Assembly: GCA_036172245.1 (NCBI GenBank)
Contig: JAYWIR010000009.1
Location: 5,084,001-5,120,270 of the forward strand
From: Raillietiella orientalis
Taxonomy: Eukaryota
DNA: 36,270 bases
Reading direction: 5' to 3'
The stretch's first letter is position 1, and each line of letters begins with the position of its first letter. Made by a program: the position numbers and the translations under genes. The notes beneath the pieces were generated by a model. It made no database searches. It was not told the origin of the DNA and saw nothing but the letters and a program-made list of their open reading frames with translations. Of the stretch, positions 1 through 10,350 are shown piece after piece.

Positions 1-1515
1 CTGCTCGGGACTCACCACGGAAGCGGCCACCCGCCCAAAACGCTCAGCCCACAACTTGGCATACAACTTTGCGTCCGCATTCACTACTGTGATGGGACGC
101 CAGTTGCCAATGTTGCGTAAGTCTCCTGACTTCGGCAGGAGACGTACTTTTGCTGACCGGAACGAGGCGGGAACTTCGCCGTGTTCGCGGATCAGCGCAC
201 TTACCCTGAGCACCAGGGGGGCCAGCTCTGGCGCGAAGCGATGGTAAAACTCCGCGGGCAGGCCGTCCTCCCCTGGTGCCTTCCTTCTCTTTAGCCTGTT
301 GATGGCGGAGATGATCTCCGCCATCGTGAACGGTTCCGCCAATCTGGAACGGTCCTCCTCCTTGAGCGCGGGAGCGCCATCCGGCAGCAGGCGCTGCGCG
401 AAATGGCGCTCAGGTGGTAGTGGCGCGTACAAGGAGGAATAAAACTCCCGCACGATGCGGCTTACCTGGGCTGGGCTGGAGCGTTCTTGGCCCTGATGAT
501 CCAGCAGGCAGGCCGAGCCTGACTGCCAGGCCTGCCTCTCCGCCTCAGCCTTGAATTCAGCCAGGCGACGGACGTCGGGACGCCGGGAATAACGGCGCGC
601 CTGGAGGTACGCCCGCTCGTTCCTGACACCCTCACCGAAGCCCGGCGGAAGACGTTCCAGCGGAAACTGGTCGCAAAACTCACGGACTGAGCACTTCATT
701 TCGTCCCAGTCCGCGAGCGTCTGAAGCTGGAATCCTCGCAGGAAACAGCGTAGATGTTCCGCCGCTCCTGCGAGGCGCAACCAATCCCCTGGCAGGCGCC
801 ATGTTTTCAGGGGAGGGCCCTTAGTGCGCGGATGTAACTCGAGCACGAGCCGTGGATGGTCGGACAGCTCTGCCGGGAGCGTTCCTCGAGTTCCCACCCG
901 CGTGCACAGGTGGTTGTCGAGGAACATGTGGTCGATGTTCCGATCTCTCCCGGCATCGCCGGCCAACAAGTTGCGCGCATGCATGGCTGCGCACAACTCG
1001 TTGACCAGCTGTGCTCGTCCGCTGGGCGCACCTGCCAGCAGGCGGAGATTGAAATCGCCCGCAATGAGGTGCCCCCTTCGCACGCCTGCTTCGGCCAACC
1101 AGTCTCGCCGCAAGGTTTCGAAGAACGCAGTGCGTTCCTCGGCCCTGTGGCTGCTCACCGGAGCGTACAGGTTCGTGACTACGAGGTCGATCGAGTCGGA
1201 CCACTTGAACACAAGCTGCCCAACTCGACCATCCCCGTCGAACCGTGCACTGCGCAGTGAGTTGTCGACGGTTGGCTTTAGCAGAAAGGCCACTCCGCAG
1301 GAGTTGTCCGTTCCGTTCCTCCACAGTAGCCGCCCTCCCGCGATTCTTTCGATTTGCTGGACATCTCCCGGTCGGAGAACGTGCGTCTCTTGCAGGAGCA
1401 CCAGGTCGAAGTCTCGCAGTATGGCGGCTACATCTCGCCTCTTTCCGTCGTCGCGCAACCCGTTGACATTCCAACAGGTGATGCGCAAGCGGCGACAGAA
1501 GGCGAGCCCACGCAC
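1..1515 (-). CDS. Copy A ORF2 (APE endonuclease, linker and start of RT); partial, absent from the ORF track
   Basis: Manual translation has no stop from 1596 to base 1: ITCWNVNGLRD, LLQETH, NLYAP, AGDFN, NIDH, LSDH (APE), then KAPGEDGLPAEFY and NWRPITVVNADAKLY (RT N-terminus). No in-frame ATG before 984; GTG at 1515. Confidence 0.92.
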   Translation of the reverse strand, partial: MRGLAFCRRLRITCWNVNGLRDDGKRRDVAAILRDFDLVLLQETHVLRPGDVQQIERIAGGRLLWRNGTDNSCGVAFLLKPTVDNSLRSARFDGDGRVGQLVFKWSDSIDLVVTNLYAPVSSHRAEERTAFFETLRRDWLAEAGVRRGHLIAGDFNLRLLAGAPSGRAQLVNELCAAMHARNLLAGDAGRDRNIDHMFLDNHLCTRVGTRGTLPAELSDHPRLVLELHPRTKGPPLKTWRLPGDWLRLAGAAEHLRCFLRGFQLQTLADWDEMKCSVREFCDQFPLERLPPGFGEGVRNERAYLQARRYSRRPDVRRLAEFKAEAERQAWQSGSACLLDHQGQERSSPAQVSRIVREFYSSLYAPLPPERHFAQRLLPDGAPALKEEDRSRLAEPFTMAEIISAINRLKRRKAPGEDGLPAEFYHRFAPELAPLVLRVSALIREHGEVPASFRSAKVRLLPKSGDLRNIGNWRPITVVNADAKLYAKLWAERFGRVAASVVSPEQ

Positions 1516-1523
1516 TGATGCGT

Positions 1524-3191
1524 TTATTGTGGGGTGGAGGCGGCCTCCTCCCTTGCGGGAGGCGGCTTGTTGGCGGCCGTGACGACGGTCGGCTGCTCAC
1601 ACGGGAGCACGTCGTCCACAGCGACTTCCATGGGGCTGGCATCCGAGACACGGATCGGAGAGGGGTCGCGTGGCGCGACGCACATTGCCTCCTCCTCCGT
1701 GCCCGAGGACATGGCCTCCTCCACCTGCGGAGGGGCGACCCGTCTCGGGCAACCGGTCTTCTTGCCAGCCTTCCTCTTCGGCACGGCTGCGGAAGTAGAA
1801 CAACCGGCTTCGGTTTCGGACTCGGAATTTTCCGGGCCCTTCACCGTTGCCGGTCGTCTCAAGGCCTTCTTCTCGGCCTTGGCAGGCTGCCGTAACATGG
1901 CTGCCAGCTCTTCCGCGGCCTGCGCGAAGGTCGCGTCCGTTATGCGCGCCGCCTCCTCGCTTTCCGCACCGACGCTTTGCGCAGGCGCGACAGGGGCGGC
2001 TTCATCGATCGGCGCGCAGACGTCCTTCGCTGGCAATGCCGGAACGGCATTGTCGTCAGCTGATGGTGACGTCACTGCGGGCACGACCGGCTCACGATCG
2101 ACGGTATCGATCGCCTTTACCGTTACTTTCTTTACGGCTCTGGCGATCGAGACGCGTTCGATCTTCACCGTATAAGCGCGGACGACCGGTTTCTGCTTTT
2201 TCGGCGCCGACTTGTTTATCTTTTTTGCCTCCTTCTTCTGGGGCTTCTTCCTTTCTACCTTTTGCCAACCTTCCTCGTTCTCGGCGCTTTCTCCAGCTGG
2301 TTGTTCGCTGGTGGATGCCTGAGTAGCGGGTTGGTCGGCAGGGCGGGGTTCTGCCAGTTGTTGGCTTCGGTCCTTTTCCTTCGGCGTCTCATCCTTTCTC
2401 GCGCCTGACGGAACGGACCTTTTTCGGTTCGGGCACATCCGCCTGATGTGCCCCTTCTCTCCACAGCCCAAGCACACGATGTTGGGGCATTTCTTCTTCA
2501 GGTGCCCCGACACCTGGCAAAAGCCGCAGTATACGGGTTTCCCCACATACCACAGGTCGATCTCCTCCTCCCCGACCTGCAGTCTGTGGGGTAGCCCACC
2601 CTCGGCACGTACCGTCACGCGCGCAGCGGCGTAACCACTAAATGCCCTGGTGTAACCCAGCACATTGGGTTTTGCCCACAACGCGTGAACGGTCCCGAAC
2701 TTCTCTAACGATTCTCGCACGGCGCTCTTTGCCATGCGCATCGTTATGCCGGTCAAATGCACCACGATGGAGTTGTCCGCCGTGAACGGGAAGATCCTTC
2801 TCCCGTTCACGGTCACCGGCAGGCGGAGCAGCTGCTGAGCCATCCCTGCAGACTTGCAGTTCAGCTCAACCAGCTGCCCGCCACTCCTAACCGAAAGCCC
2901 GAGGACTTCGTCCTCCGGGACTTTCAACTTTTTAAACTCCGCGGCGAACGATCGTAACACCGCGGGGGAGTACAGACCACCTACCTTGTAAAGTAGGGCC
3001 GGGTTGTAGCCGTCGGCCATATAGGCCCGCTGTTCCTCTGCGGGGGGCGGCGCAGGCGCCGCCACCACCGCGCTCCAAGCCCTCGCCGGGGCGGGGGACG
3101 ATTCCGTGGGGGAGATGGCCCCCACATCCATGGGCTGGGGGGACGAGGCTCGCTCGCCCCCCGCCGCCGTCTTTGCGGCGTCCTCGGGCAT
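1524..3191 (-). CDS. Copy A ORF1, nucleic-acid-binding protein (RRM-like region, 2 zinc knuckles, low-complexity tail), ~555 aa
   Basis: Probable ATG at 3191 (MPEDAAK). CGFCQVSGHLKKKC and CLGCGEKGHIRRMC fit CX2CX4HX4C. Stop TAA at 1524-1526. Confidence 0.9.
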   Translation of the reverse strand: MPEDAAKTAAGGERASSPQPMDVGAISPTESSPAPARAWSAVVAAPAPPPAEEQRAYMADGYNPALLYKVGGLYSPAVLRSFAAEFKKLKVPEDEVLGLSVRSGGQLVELNCKSAGMAQQLLRLPVTVNGRRIFPFTADNSIVVHLTGITMRMAKSAVRESLEKFGTVHALWAKPNVLGYTRAFSGYAAARVTVRAEGGLPHRLQVGEEEIDLWYVGKPVYCGFCQVSGHLKKKCPNIVCLGCGEKGHIRRMCPNRKRSVPSGARKDETPKEKDRSQQLAEPRPADQPATQASTSEQPAGESAENEEGWQKVERKKPQKKEAKKINKSAPKKQKPVVRAYTVKIERVSIARAVKKVTVKAIDTVDREPVVPAVTSPSADDNAVPALPAKDVCAPIDEAAPVAPAQSVGAESEEAARITDATFAQAAEELAAMLRQPAKAEKKALRRPATVKGPENSESETEAGCSTSAAVPKRKAGKKTGCPRRVAPPQVEEAMSSGTEEEAMCVAPRDPSPIRVSDASPMEVAVDDVLPCEQPTVVTAANKPPPAREEAASTPQ

Positions 3192-3279
3192 CTCTGCCCA
3201 GGAACAACCGCTCACAGCTGAAAACACCGAAAACACTCGCGAGAAAAACGCGGAGCACCACAGAAGCACGTCCACCCTC

Positions 3280-4574
3280 TCAGGCGGCGGGTTGAACAGC
3301 TGGCGTGACGTCACATCGCATCGATCCATCAGCGGAGCGGGTATCGATCGCCGGCACGCGTTTGATGGCCACGCTGCACGCTTTGATTTTTGGGCGTGGC
3401 GCGACCTCCCCCTTGCCCTTCACCACTTTCGCCGGTGCGGGCGCGGTTTTTTTGACGATTTTTATTTTACGGGTGACCAGCTGCCAGCCTTCCTCGTCGG
3501 CAGTCTTTTCCGGGAGCTCCTGTACCGAATCCCTTTCCTGCTGCGCGACTTTTGTCGGAGCCGACGGCTGATCCCCTTTTGTGGGGTTTATCACTATTTT
3601 TGCCTTTCCTTCCTTCTTTTGCGGAAGTTCCGGCGTTGGAGCGACGTTCATCGGGCACACCACTTTGGTGTGGCCTTTCGCGCCGCACGTTGGGCAAACT
3701 GCGTCCGGGCACCGCTTTTTCAAATGCCCGAACGACTTACAGTTTCCACAAAATTTAGGTTTCCCCACAAACCAAATGTCGACGAACTCGTCGCCAATTT
3801 GCAGCTTGTGGGGAAGCTGTACGCTTTCTCGAAGCGTCACGCGCGCGCCTACTCGCCCACTAAATGCACCCTTCACTCCGAAGGTGTTGGGCTTTCTCCA
3901 CATCGCGAAAATGCTTGCGAATTTTTCCAGTTCAGCGCGGATGGCGTTCTCATCCATCCGCACTGTTGTCCCTGTTAGGTGGACCACAATGGAGTGGTCC
4001 ACCGTGTGTGGGAGTAAATTCCTGCCTTCAAATTGTACGGGCGTGCAGAGCATCTTGTGGGTAAGAGCTGCATCCTTGCAGATGAGCTCCGCCAACTGCC
4101 CTCCGCTCCGTATTGACAGGCAAAGAATTTCATGGTCGGCAATGCCCATCTTTTTAATGGCATTGCCGAACTTTCGCGCCCTTAACGGGGAATATAAATT
4201 GCCTACCTTGTACAGGAGGGCCGGATTGTAGCCCTCCTGGATGTAGGATTGGATTTCGGCGGCGACAACGGGCGTTTCCGCCGCTGCCACCGCGCTCCAG
4301 GCCCTCGCCGTAGTGGCGGGTTCAGAAGAAGTGGTGGGGCGTGATCCCACCTCCTTTGGCTTGGGAGACGCGGTCTTCCCGCCTCCCTCACCTGAAACTG
4401 CGGCGTTCACAGGCATTTCTGCCTGTCAACGGCCGCGAAACTCACACGAAACACCAGAAAAGAAAAACTCCCTATCCACGGAGCGCACAACAATTGCGTC
4501 CGCCGTGCACCGCGTAGTTAAGGGCTACCGCGCTCGGGGTGGCAGCGTCCGTTAGCTCCCGAGGCGTCCACGCC
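3280..4574 (-). mobile_element. Tx1-like copy B': 5' UTR and N-terminal part of ORF1, cut off where copy A begins
   Basis: ORF 3280-4416 is homologous to copy A ORF1 (GYNPALLYKVG, SIRSGGQL; knuckles CGNCKSFGHLKKRC and CPTCGAKGHTKVVC). 5' motif variant at 4480-4501. Confidence 0.88.
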
Positions 4575-4595
4575 TTTAAAGGTTTTTTCCTGCCT

Positions 4596-7473
4596 CGGAA
4601 ATCCAGCCGACGTGCGACGGATAGTCAGGCGCTATTACTCTTCTCTGTCTGCAGAGGCACCGACGGAACGCAGCCTCTCCCGGCTGCTGCTGCCGATTGA
4701 TGCACCTGTTGTAGACGAGGAGGAACGCGCGCGTCTTGATGAGCCCTTCACGGCAGAGGAAATTTCCTCGGCCATCTCGGGGCTCAAGAGACGAAAAGCG
4801 CCAGGCGAAGATGGGCTCCCCGCGGAATTCTTTCAGTGTTTTGCGGCGGAGCTCATCCCCCTGGTGCTCCAACTCTCGTCGCTGATGCGAGACTCGGGCG
4901 ATGTCCCCGCCTCGTTTCGCTCAGCGAAGGTGCGTCTACTGCCGAAAGGCGGAGATTTGTGCCAACTGAACAACTGGCGTCCGATCACATTAGTGAATTC
5001 GGACGTCAAGTTGTTCTCGAAACTTTGGGTGACGCGGATGGGTAGGCTCGTGGAATCCTTGGTAAGTCCGGAGCAGAAGTACGCTGTTCCTGGGCGGTCC
5101 ATGGACGCGAATCTCTTGTTCATCCGCACATTGCTGCAATTGCAGCATCGTGTGGCGGTGGATCGTCGTGAGGAAGCGACGCCTTCGATCTCTCACCGAC
5201 GGAGGCGCGGGACGCAAAGGGAGACACCGGGAGCCTTGGCGGTTGCAGTCGATCTGCACAAAGCTTTCGATTGCGTGAACCAAAAGCTTCTTCTTGAGCT
5301 CTTGGAACGTCTGGGTCTTTCGGCATCCCTGTTGGCGTACTTGAGCTCCTGCTGGAGCCACGCGATTACATCCATTGTTTTCAGTGGCTGTCGCGTGTAC
5401 GGCGTGCCAATACGACGAGGAATTAGGCAGGGTGATAGCTTAAGCCCGCTGCTCTTCAGCATTTATTTTGAATTGGTGCTGGAGGCTTACAGGCTGACGC
5501 TAGCCAACCTGCCGAGCTCCTGTCCAGGTACGCCGGCTGTGGCAGCCTATGCCGACGACCTGCTTCTCCTGTTGCCCATGTCCACCCCGGCGACATCGCT
5601 TGAAGACTTCTTTGAGTTGATTCGTCGCGGTGCGGGCGTGAGCGTTAACAGGAGTAAGTGTATGGTTGTTCCGGTGGGTGCGACGTGGGAGGGGCAGTCC
5701 GACTGGATCGGTCTGGGGATCCCCACGGGCAGGTACCTCAGGTACCTTGGCGTGCCGTTGGGCGACTTCTGCATCTCAGAAGCGTGGTCGGACTGCCTTC
5801 GGAAGGCAGAGCTTGCACTTGGCCCGTTTTCAGGAGGCGAGTTCGTCTTGCCGGAACGGGCCTGCATCTGGAACAGCTTCGTTGCCCCCCTCCTCCGCAC
5901 CCTGTTTTTTGTTTGTCCACCCCCCCAGGAATTCAAAGTCTGGGCGCAGCGCCTTCTACGCAAAGCGTTGTGGGGCGCTGCAAGATCCCGTGTTAGACTT
6001 AAAGACTTGGTGGCGCCGCGTCACGATGCAGGCTTGGGCATCCTCGACTTAAACAGCATCGAACTGCAGGTGCAGTTTCGCAAGCTGCGGCTCTGTGCCA
6101 AGCTGTGGTGTACGCCGTGGTGATTACCCGCACGCCTTACACTGAGGCGCTGCACGGGAAGCGAGGGACTGCTTTCGTTGCTACCCCACTTTCGGCACAC
6201 CAGAATAGGGTTTGGCTTCCCGCTAAGGCAGCTGTCCTCACTGCTGGAAGCCCAAAGCTGGATCTCCTGCCGCCCCATGAACATAATTGCATGGCGGCAG
6301 GAATCTTTTTCATCGTGGGCAGCTTCCGAAGGAACGCGCCCGGAAGATCTTCGACGCCTGCGACTTCTCCTCAGTCATCAAATGGACGAAGTCATGCAGG
6401 ACAAGATGTCGGATCGTCTGGCCGCCACACCACTCGCCGCAGCGCTGCCTGCCCTCAGGGCAAGCAACGACGGTTGCCTGCCGGCGGAATGGGAGTTCTC
6501 CTGCAAAATAGCGGGAGTCAGTAAGCTCCTCAGCAGCTGGACGACAAAGGAGCTGGTGCAAGCCGCCACTCCTCGGAATCGGGCGAAGGGCCTGCTTCGG
6601 TGGAGCGAACATTTAAGTGTGCCCCCCGGAGAGATAGTGGTTCCCCCCGTTTGTTTGGACAGCTCCGTGTTCCCCCTTAAGTGGAAACAAGATGTGCTGC
6701 TCTTTATACATTGTGCATTACACTGTAATAGGCAGCGAAGCATCGTTTCCGGGGGAGCTGCTTTGCCAAACTGTTTAAGGTGCGGAGAGATCGAGTCTTT
6801 TCCGCACCTTTTGCTGGACTGCGGTGACCTCCGGGAACTGTGGCGAAGGCTCACTTCGGCCATCATGCCACAAGGAGGCACTGCCATTGATGTGCTGCGG
6901 CGCTTCTTCAGCAGAAATGGACTTGCGGTTGGCGCGATTGTCGCCACCATGTGTTGCGTTCGCGCCATCGTGAAGGCCCGCTACGCCCTGGAGTTTTCAG
7001 CGCAGCGAAGGGAGGCTCACCTGCTTGCAGCTCAATTCATGGAGAAGGCTTCAAGGTGGTCTCATCTTCGTGACAAGGTGAATGAGGACATCACCGGCAT
7101 ACATCGCCGGTTTACACACCTTTGAGAACGGCGTAATCCGGTGACCCCTGCGACCTCTCGCCCACCCATACCCCGTCCCCGTTCGCTCGGTAAAATTTCC
7201 GGTGCCCATGCTTTTATCCCCGTGTCTTCCAGAGCGATCCCAAAGACCCTTATCATGTCCTCCTTATTCATTGTTTTTATTTTATTTTGGTTTCTTTGTG
7301 TTTCCCGCCCCCCCACACCGTTGAAGAAACTGTTACTCTGGCCTGCGTGCCAGCAATATTCTCTTCATTCTTGTTCAGTCGTCGGTTGGAAGTTTGGTTC
7401 CCAACTGGTTTATTTTATATAATTGTTTTTTGTTTATGTTATGTGGAATAAACGCCCCGGCGTGACCGGGTGA
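4596..7473 (+). mobile_element. Tx1-like copy B: 5'-truncated ORF2 with complete 3' UTR
   Basis: Starts in the EN-RT linker and ends with AATAAA (7447-7452) plus CCCGG-cgtga-CCGGGTG. Confidence 0.9.
4612..7125 (+). pseudogene. Copy B ORF2 remnant: reverse transcriptase and C-terminal CCHC; one in-frame TGA at 6121-6123
   Basis: KAPGEDG, NWRPITL, DLHKAFD, GIRQGDSLSP, YADD, YLGVP, CLRCGEIESFPHLLLDC. ORFs 4612-6123 and 6178-7125 are in the same frame; the TGA corresponds to TGT in copy C. Confidence 0.92.
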
Positions 7474-8205
7474 GAAATCTCTTGCGCTTGTTCTGCAGAG
7501 ATCACGTGGATCTCCTGCAGCAGCGCAAGGTCGTAGGACTCCAGAAGGGCGGCCATGTCTCGTCTCCTGCCGGCGTCTGTCATGCCGTTCACGTTCCAAA
7601 CGGCGATGCGCAGACGACGGCGGGAGGAGATTCCCGGCATTACTGCTGGGAAGATTAAGGAGTGGGGGAACCCGCCTCCTGCGAGGCGGGCGGTATGTCC
7701 ATGGGGGTTTCGGCCTTCTGAGGCACCTGATCGGCGTCCACCCCCTCCATCCCCTCCGTGTCCGTGCGTGGGAGTCTCTCGGGCGACGGGTCCCGCGAGT
7801 TTCCACGCTCATGGCACCCTCGCTTGCGCAAGCCATCTCTTCCCCCTCGATGGGAGAGACGAGCTTCCTCGGCTTTGTGGACTTACGTCCAGTCTTTTTT
7901 CGGGGTGCCTTGGAAACGGAGGCTGCGCTTCCGGTTTCCACCTCGGAGTCGGAAGTGGAGGATCCCTGAGGAGAGGCCGGACGCCTTACGGCCTTCTTGC
8001 CAGCCTTGGAGGCGGCCGGCTGCAACCAGGCAGCCAGCTCCTCCGCGGCTCGCGCGAAGGCTACGTCATGGATGGTGGTGTCGATGACGGACGCCGCCGC
8101 CGGCTCGCTCCCCTCGCTGTTGACAGAGTCAACAGAGGGGTTGTCGTCGGTAGCGGCGAGTTCTTTTTCGCAACGGTCGGGAATACGCTCGACGACAACG
8201 CCCGC
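7474..8205 (-). mobile_element. Tx1-like fragment D: ORF1 C-terminal half and first ~55 codons of the APE
   Basis: DVAFARAAEELAAWLQP matches copy A DATFAQAAEELAAMLRQP. ORF2 start MPGISSRRRLRIAVWNVNGM..LLQEIH at 7640. Confidence 0.85.
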
Positions 8206-8286
8206 ACGGACGTGTACTGTGTTGCTCCTCGAGCGTGATTCCTTTCCGTCTTTTTGTGTGTGGTGTGCCCGAGTGCGTCCACTGGG

Positions 8287-10350
8287 ATGTCCACGGAGCC
8301 CCTGCAGCAAAAGATGGATGTGGAGGCTGCTACTGGCAGTGGAGACTCTACTCCAGATGTCCGGTCCGCCTCTGATTCTTGTGTCGCCACCGGCGAGAAG
8401 CTTCGCCGCCGTCGTCAAGGCGGCGGCAGCCAACGGAGCACCGCCCGACGAAGCAGACGTGCAGGCATATGCAGCCCATGGCTACAAGCCTGCGCTCTGC
8501 TATCCGGTGAGTGCTTCTATGTCCGACGGGGTCGGAGAAAATTTGTGGGACGAGCTGTTACGCGTCGGGGTCCGACAGGACGACCTCCTGGCCGTCATGC
8601 CGGTTAACGCGCTCGGACACTGGGAGGTGCACTGCAAAGAGGCATCCCTAGTCCAGCGCCTTCTCCGCACCTTGCTAAATATCCGCGGGAAGGAGGTCGT
8701 CCCGTCGGCCATGGACCAGTCGTTCGTGGTCCGATTATCCGCCGTCCAGGTGGACACGCCCGATCGCGTGCTCGTCGCTGCACTAAGTTCATTCGCCACG
8801 ATGCACGCGCTGTGGAGAGCAGATAATCCGATCAAAAGGATTGCATCTCTCCACAGCGGACTTGCCATGGCGCGTGTCACTATGGCGGATAGGAGGCAAA
8901 TGCCTCCGCACTTGCAGGTGGGCGATGCGATCGTCCACCTTAAATTTGCCGGTCAGCGACCGGCTTGCGGCATTTGCGGTGCAGAGGGCCACCGTCCGTG
9001 GACGTGCCCTTCACGCAACTGCCGCTATTGTAAACAGCTCCGCCACTCCATCAAAGAGTGCGCCGACCTGAAGAGAAAGCGGCGGCGAAAAGCCGCCAAC
9101 AATCGACCCCGTCCGCGCCGAAAAGATCCCCCGTTGTGCCACGGGAGAAATCGGGCGCGAAGGGCGGGGCATCTTCGAGTGGTGGTCCCGCGACAAAGGA
9201 CGCGGTTGCTTCAGGGAAGCCACCATCCCAGACAACCGCGCAGACGGGAAAGATGCCACGTCGCCCTGGGGGCAAATCGCCCCATTCGAAGCAGCCTAAG
9301 AGTGCGGGCACGCACTCAATCAAGGCAGCTGAACCGTCCGCGTCCGCTTGCGCGTCCAGCGGAGCACACGGGAAACCGTGCGCGGGTACCCCCGGAGCTG
9401 CCTCTCAACGGCAGTCTCCTCCTACGGCGGTGGAGATCACGTCTTCCACGCCGAAGGCACGAGCAGCGAAGGCTGCAATAGCGCCTCGCGGGACGACGGC
9501 AATGACCGCCGTTTCGCCCGCATCGGCTAAGGAGCAGGTGCAGTACGTAACGGGGACGGAGCCGTCTCCCGCCGCGAGCGCGAAACCTGAGCCGGCATCT
9601 CCGGCCAAACAATTGAGGGAGGCGTCGGCCTCCCAGGAAGGCGTCCCCGACGCGGGCTGGACTCGAGTCTCCAGGACGCCAAAAAGGGGAAGAAGAAGGT
9701 TGACTCTTCAATATTCCCCATCTTTAAGGTGGTTCACACCCGGATGTGCCGGGGCATTTATTTCATAGAAATAAACTAACAGAAAAATTGTCGCGTGGCG
9801 AACCCGAAGGTTCACCACTCCATAACAGCTTGCTGGTTACCGGCTCTTTAAGGTGGGTGGGAGGCAAAAGAGAAGCACGCCGAAGAAGCTGCGTACCCAG
9901 GTACGCACTACGGCTGCGTGCTCTGTCTCCGTCGCTTCGCGCGAGAGGGCGGCTGCGGAAGCCAAAGCTCCGGAAGCTGCGTTGGCGACTGCGACGACCC
10001 CCGCGCGGGCAGGGTAAGCCACCACCTGCCGAAACAAAAAGAGACTGGCAAAACGCCAGTCTCGCGCCAGGCACTCGGACTCCGAGGTGGAGTCCGAGTG
10101 CAAACAAATGGAGCGCGCATCCCGGGGTAAGCCGGTAGCGCGCCGGGCTAAAGTGCGAAAGCACGAGCCTGTTGCCGGAGGCGGTTCCGGCTCCTGCACG
10201 GAGACCGAGGCGATGATCCTCGGCTCCCAGGACTCAGCTGGGCGCGATGTGGCGGCGAACGGGAGCGATTCCGCTTCCCAATCCGCTCTCCTACCAGCTG
10301 AATTCTCGCCGGACGGGGCGAGGAGCACGCCGTCATGTCCGCAGCAGTGA
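8287..10350 (+). pseudogene. Copy C ORF1, frameshifted and interrupted by a 112-bp insertion
   Basis: ARSFAAVV and GYKPALCY; knuckles CGICGAEGHRPWTC and CRYCKQLRHSIKEC. The frame continues across 9721-9856 once the insert and one TSD copy are removed. Stop TGA at 10348-10350. Confidence 0.85.
9733..9844 (-). mobile_element. Short 5'-truncated insertion of the E-type 3' UTR with a 12-bp target site duplication
   Basis: Near-identical reverse complement of 14639-14749. Flanked by TCTTTAAGGTGG at 9721-9732 and 9845-9856. Confidence 0.92.

Larger units (their letters stand above)
1..3280 (-). mobile_element. Tx1/L1-clade non-LTR retrotransposon copy A (5' UTR, intact ORF1, ORF2 running off the left window edge)
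   Basis: 5' motif GGACGTG..TGCTCC at 3252-3273, ORF1 with two CCHC knuckles, and an open APE-RT frame from 1515 to base 1. Its 5' end abuts the truncated ORF1 of copy B'. Confidence 0.92.

Noticed and set aside
821..3978. Long antisense or alternate-frame ORFs over the Tx1 copies (e.g. 824-1582, 3106-3978)
   Set aside because: Shadow ORFs of GC-rich coding sequence with no motifs.
4500..4574. Possible HDV-like ribozyme in the extended 5' UTR of copy B' (hairpins CTCGGG/CCCGAG and CGCGGTAG/CTACGCG)
   Set aside because: I could not assemble P1.1, P4 and J4/2, and the candidate P1 has a mismatch. Only generic GC-rich hairpins are supported.
7997..8290. N-terminal extensions of ORFs 7997-9481 (+) and 7375-8433 (-)
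   Set aside because: They are read-through across the head-to-head junction of D and C, not real coding sequence.
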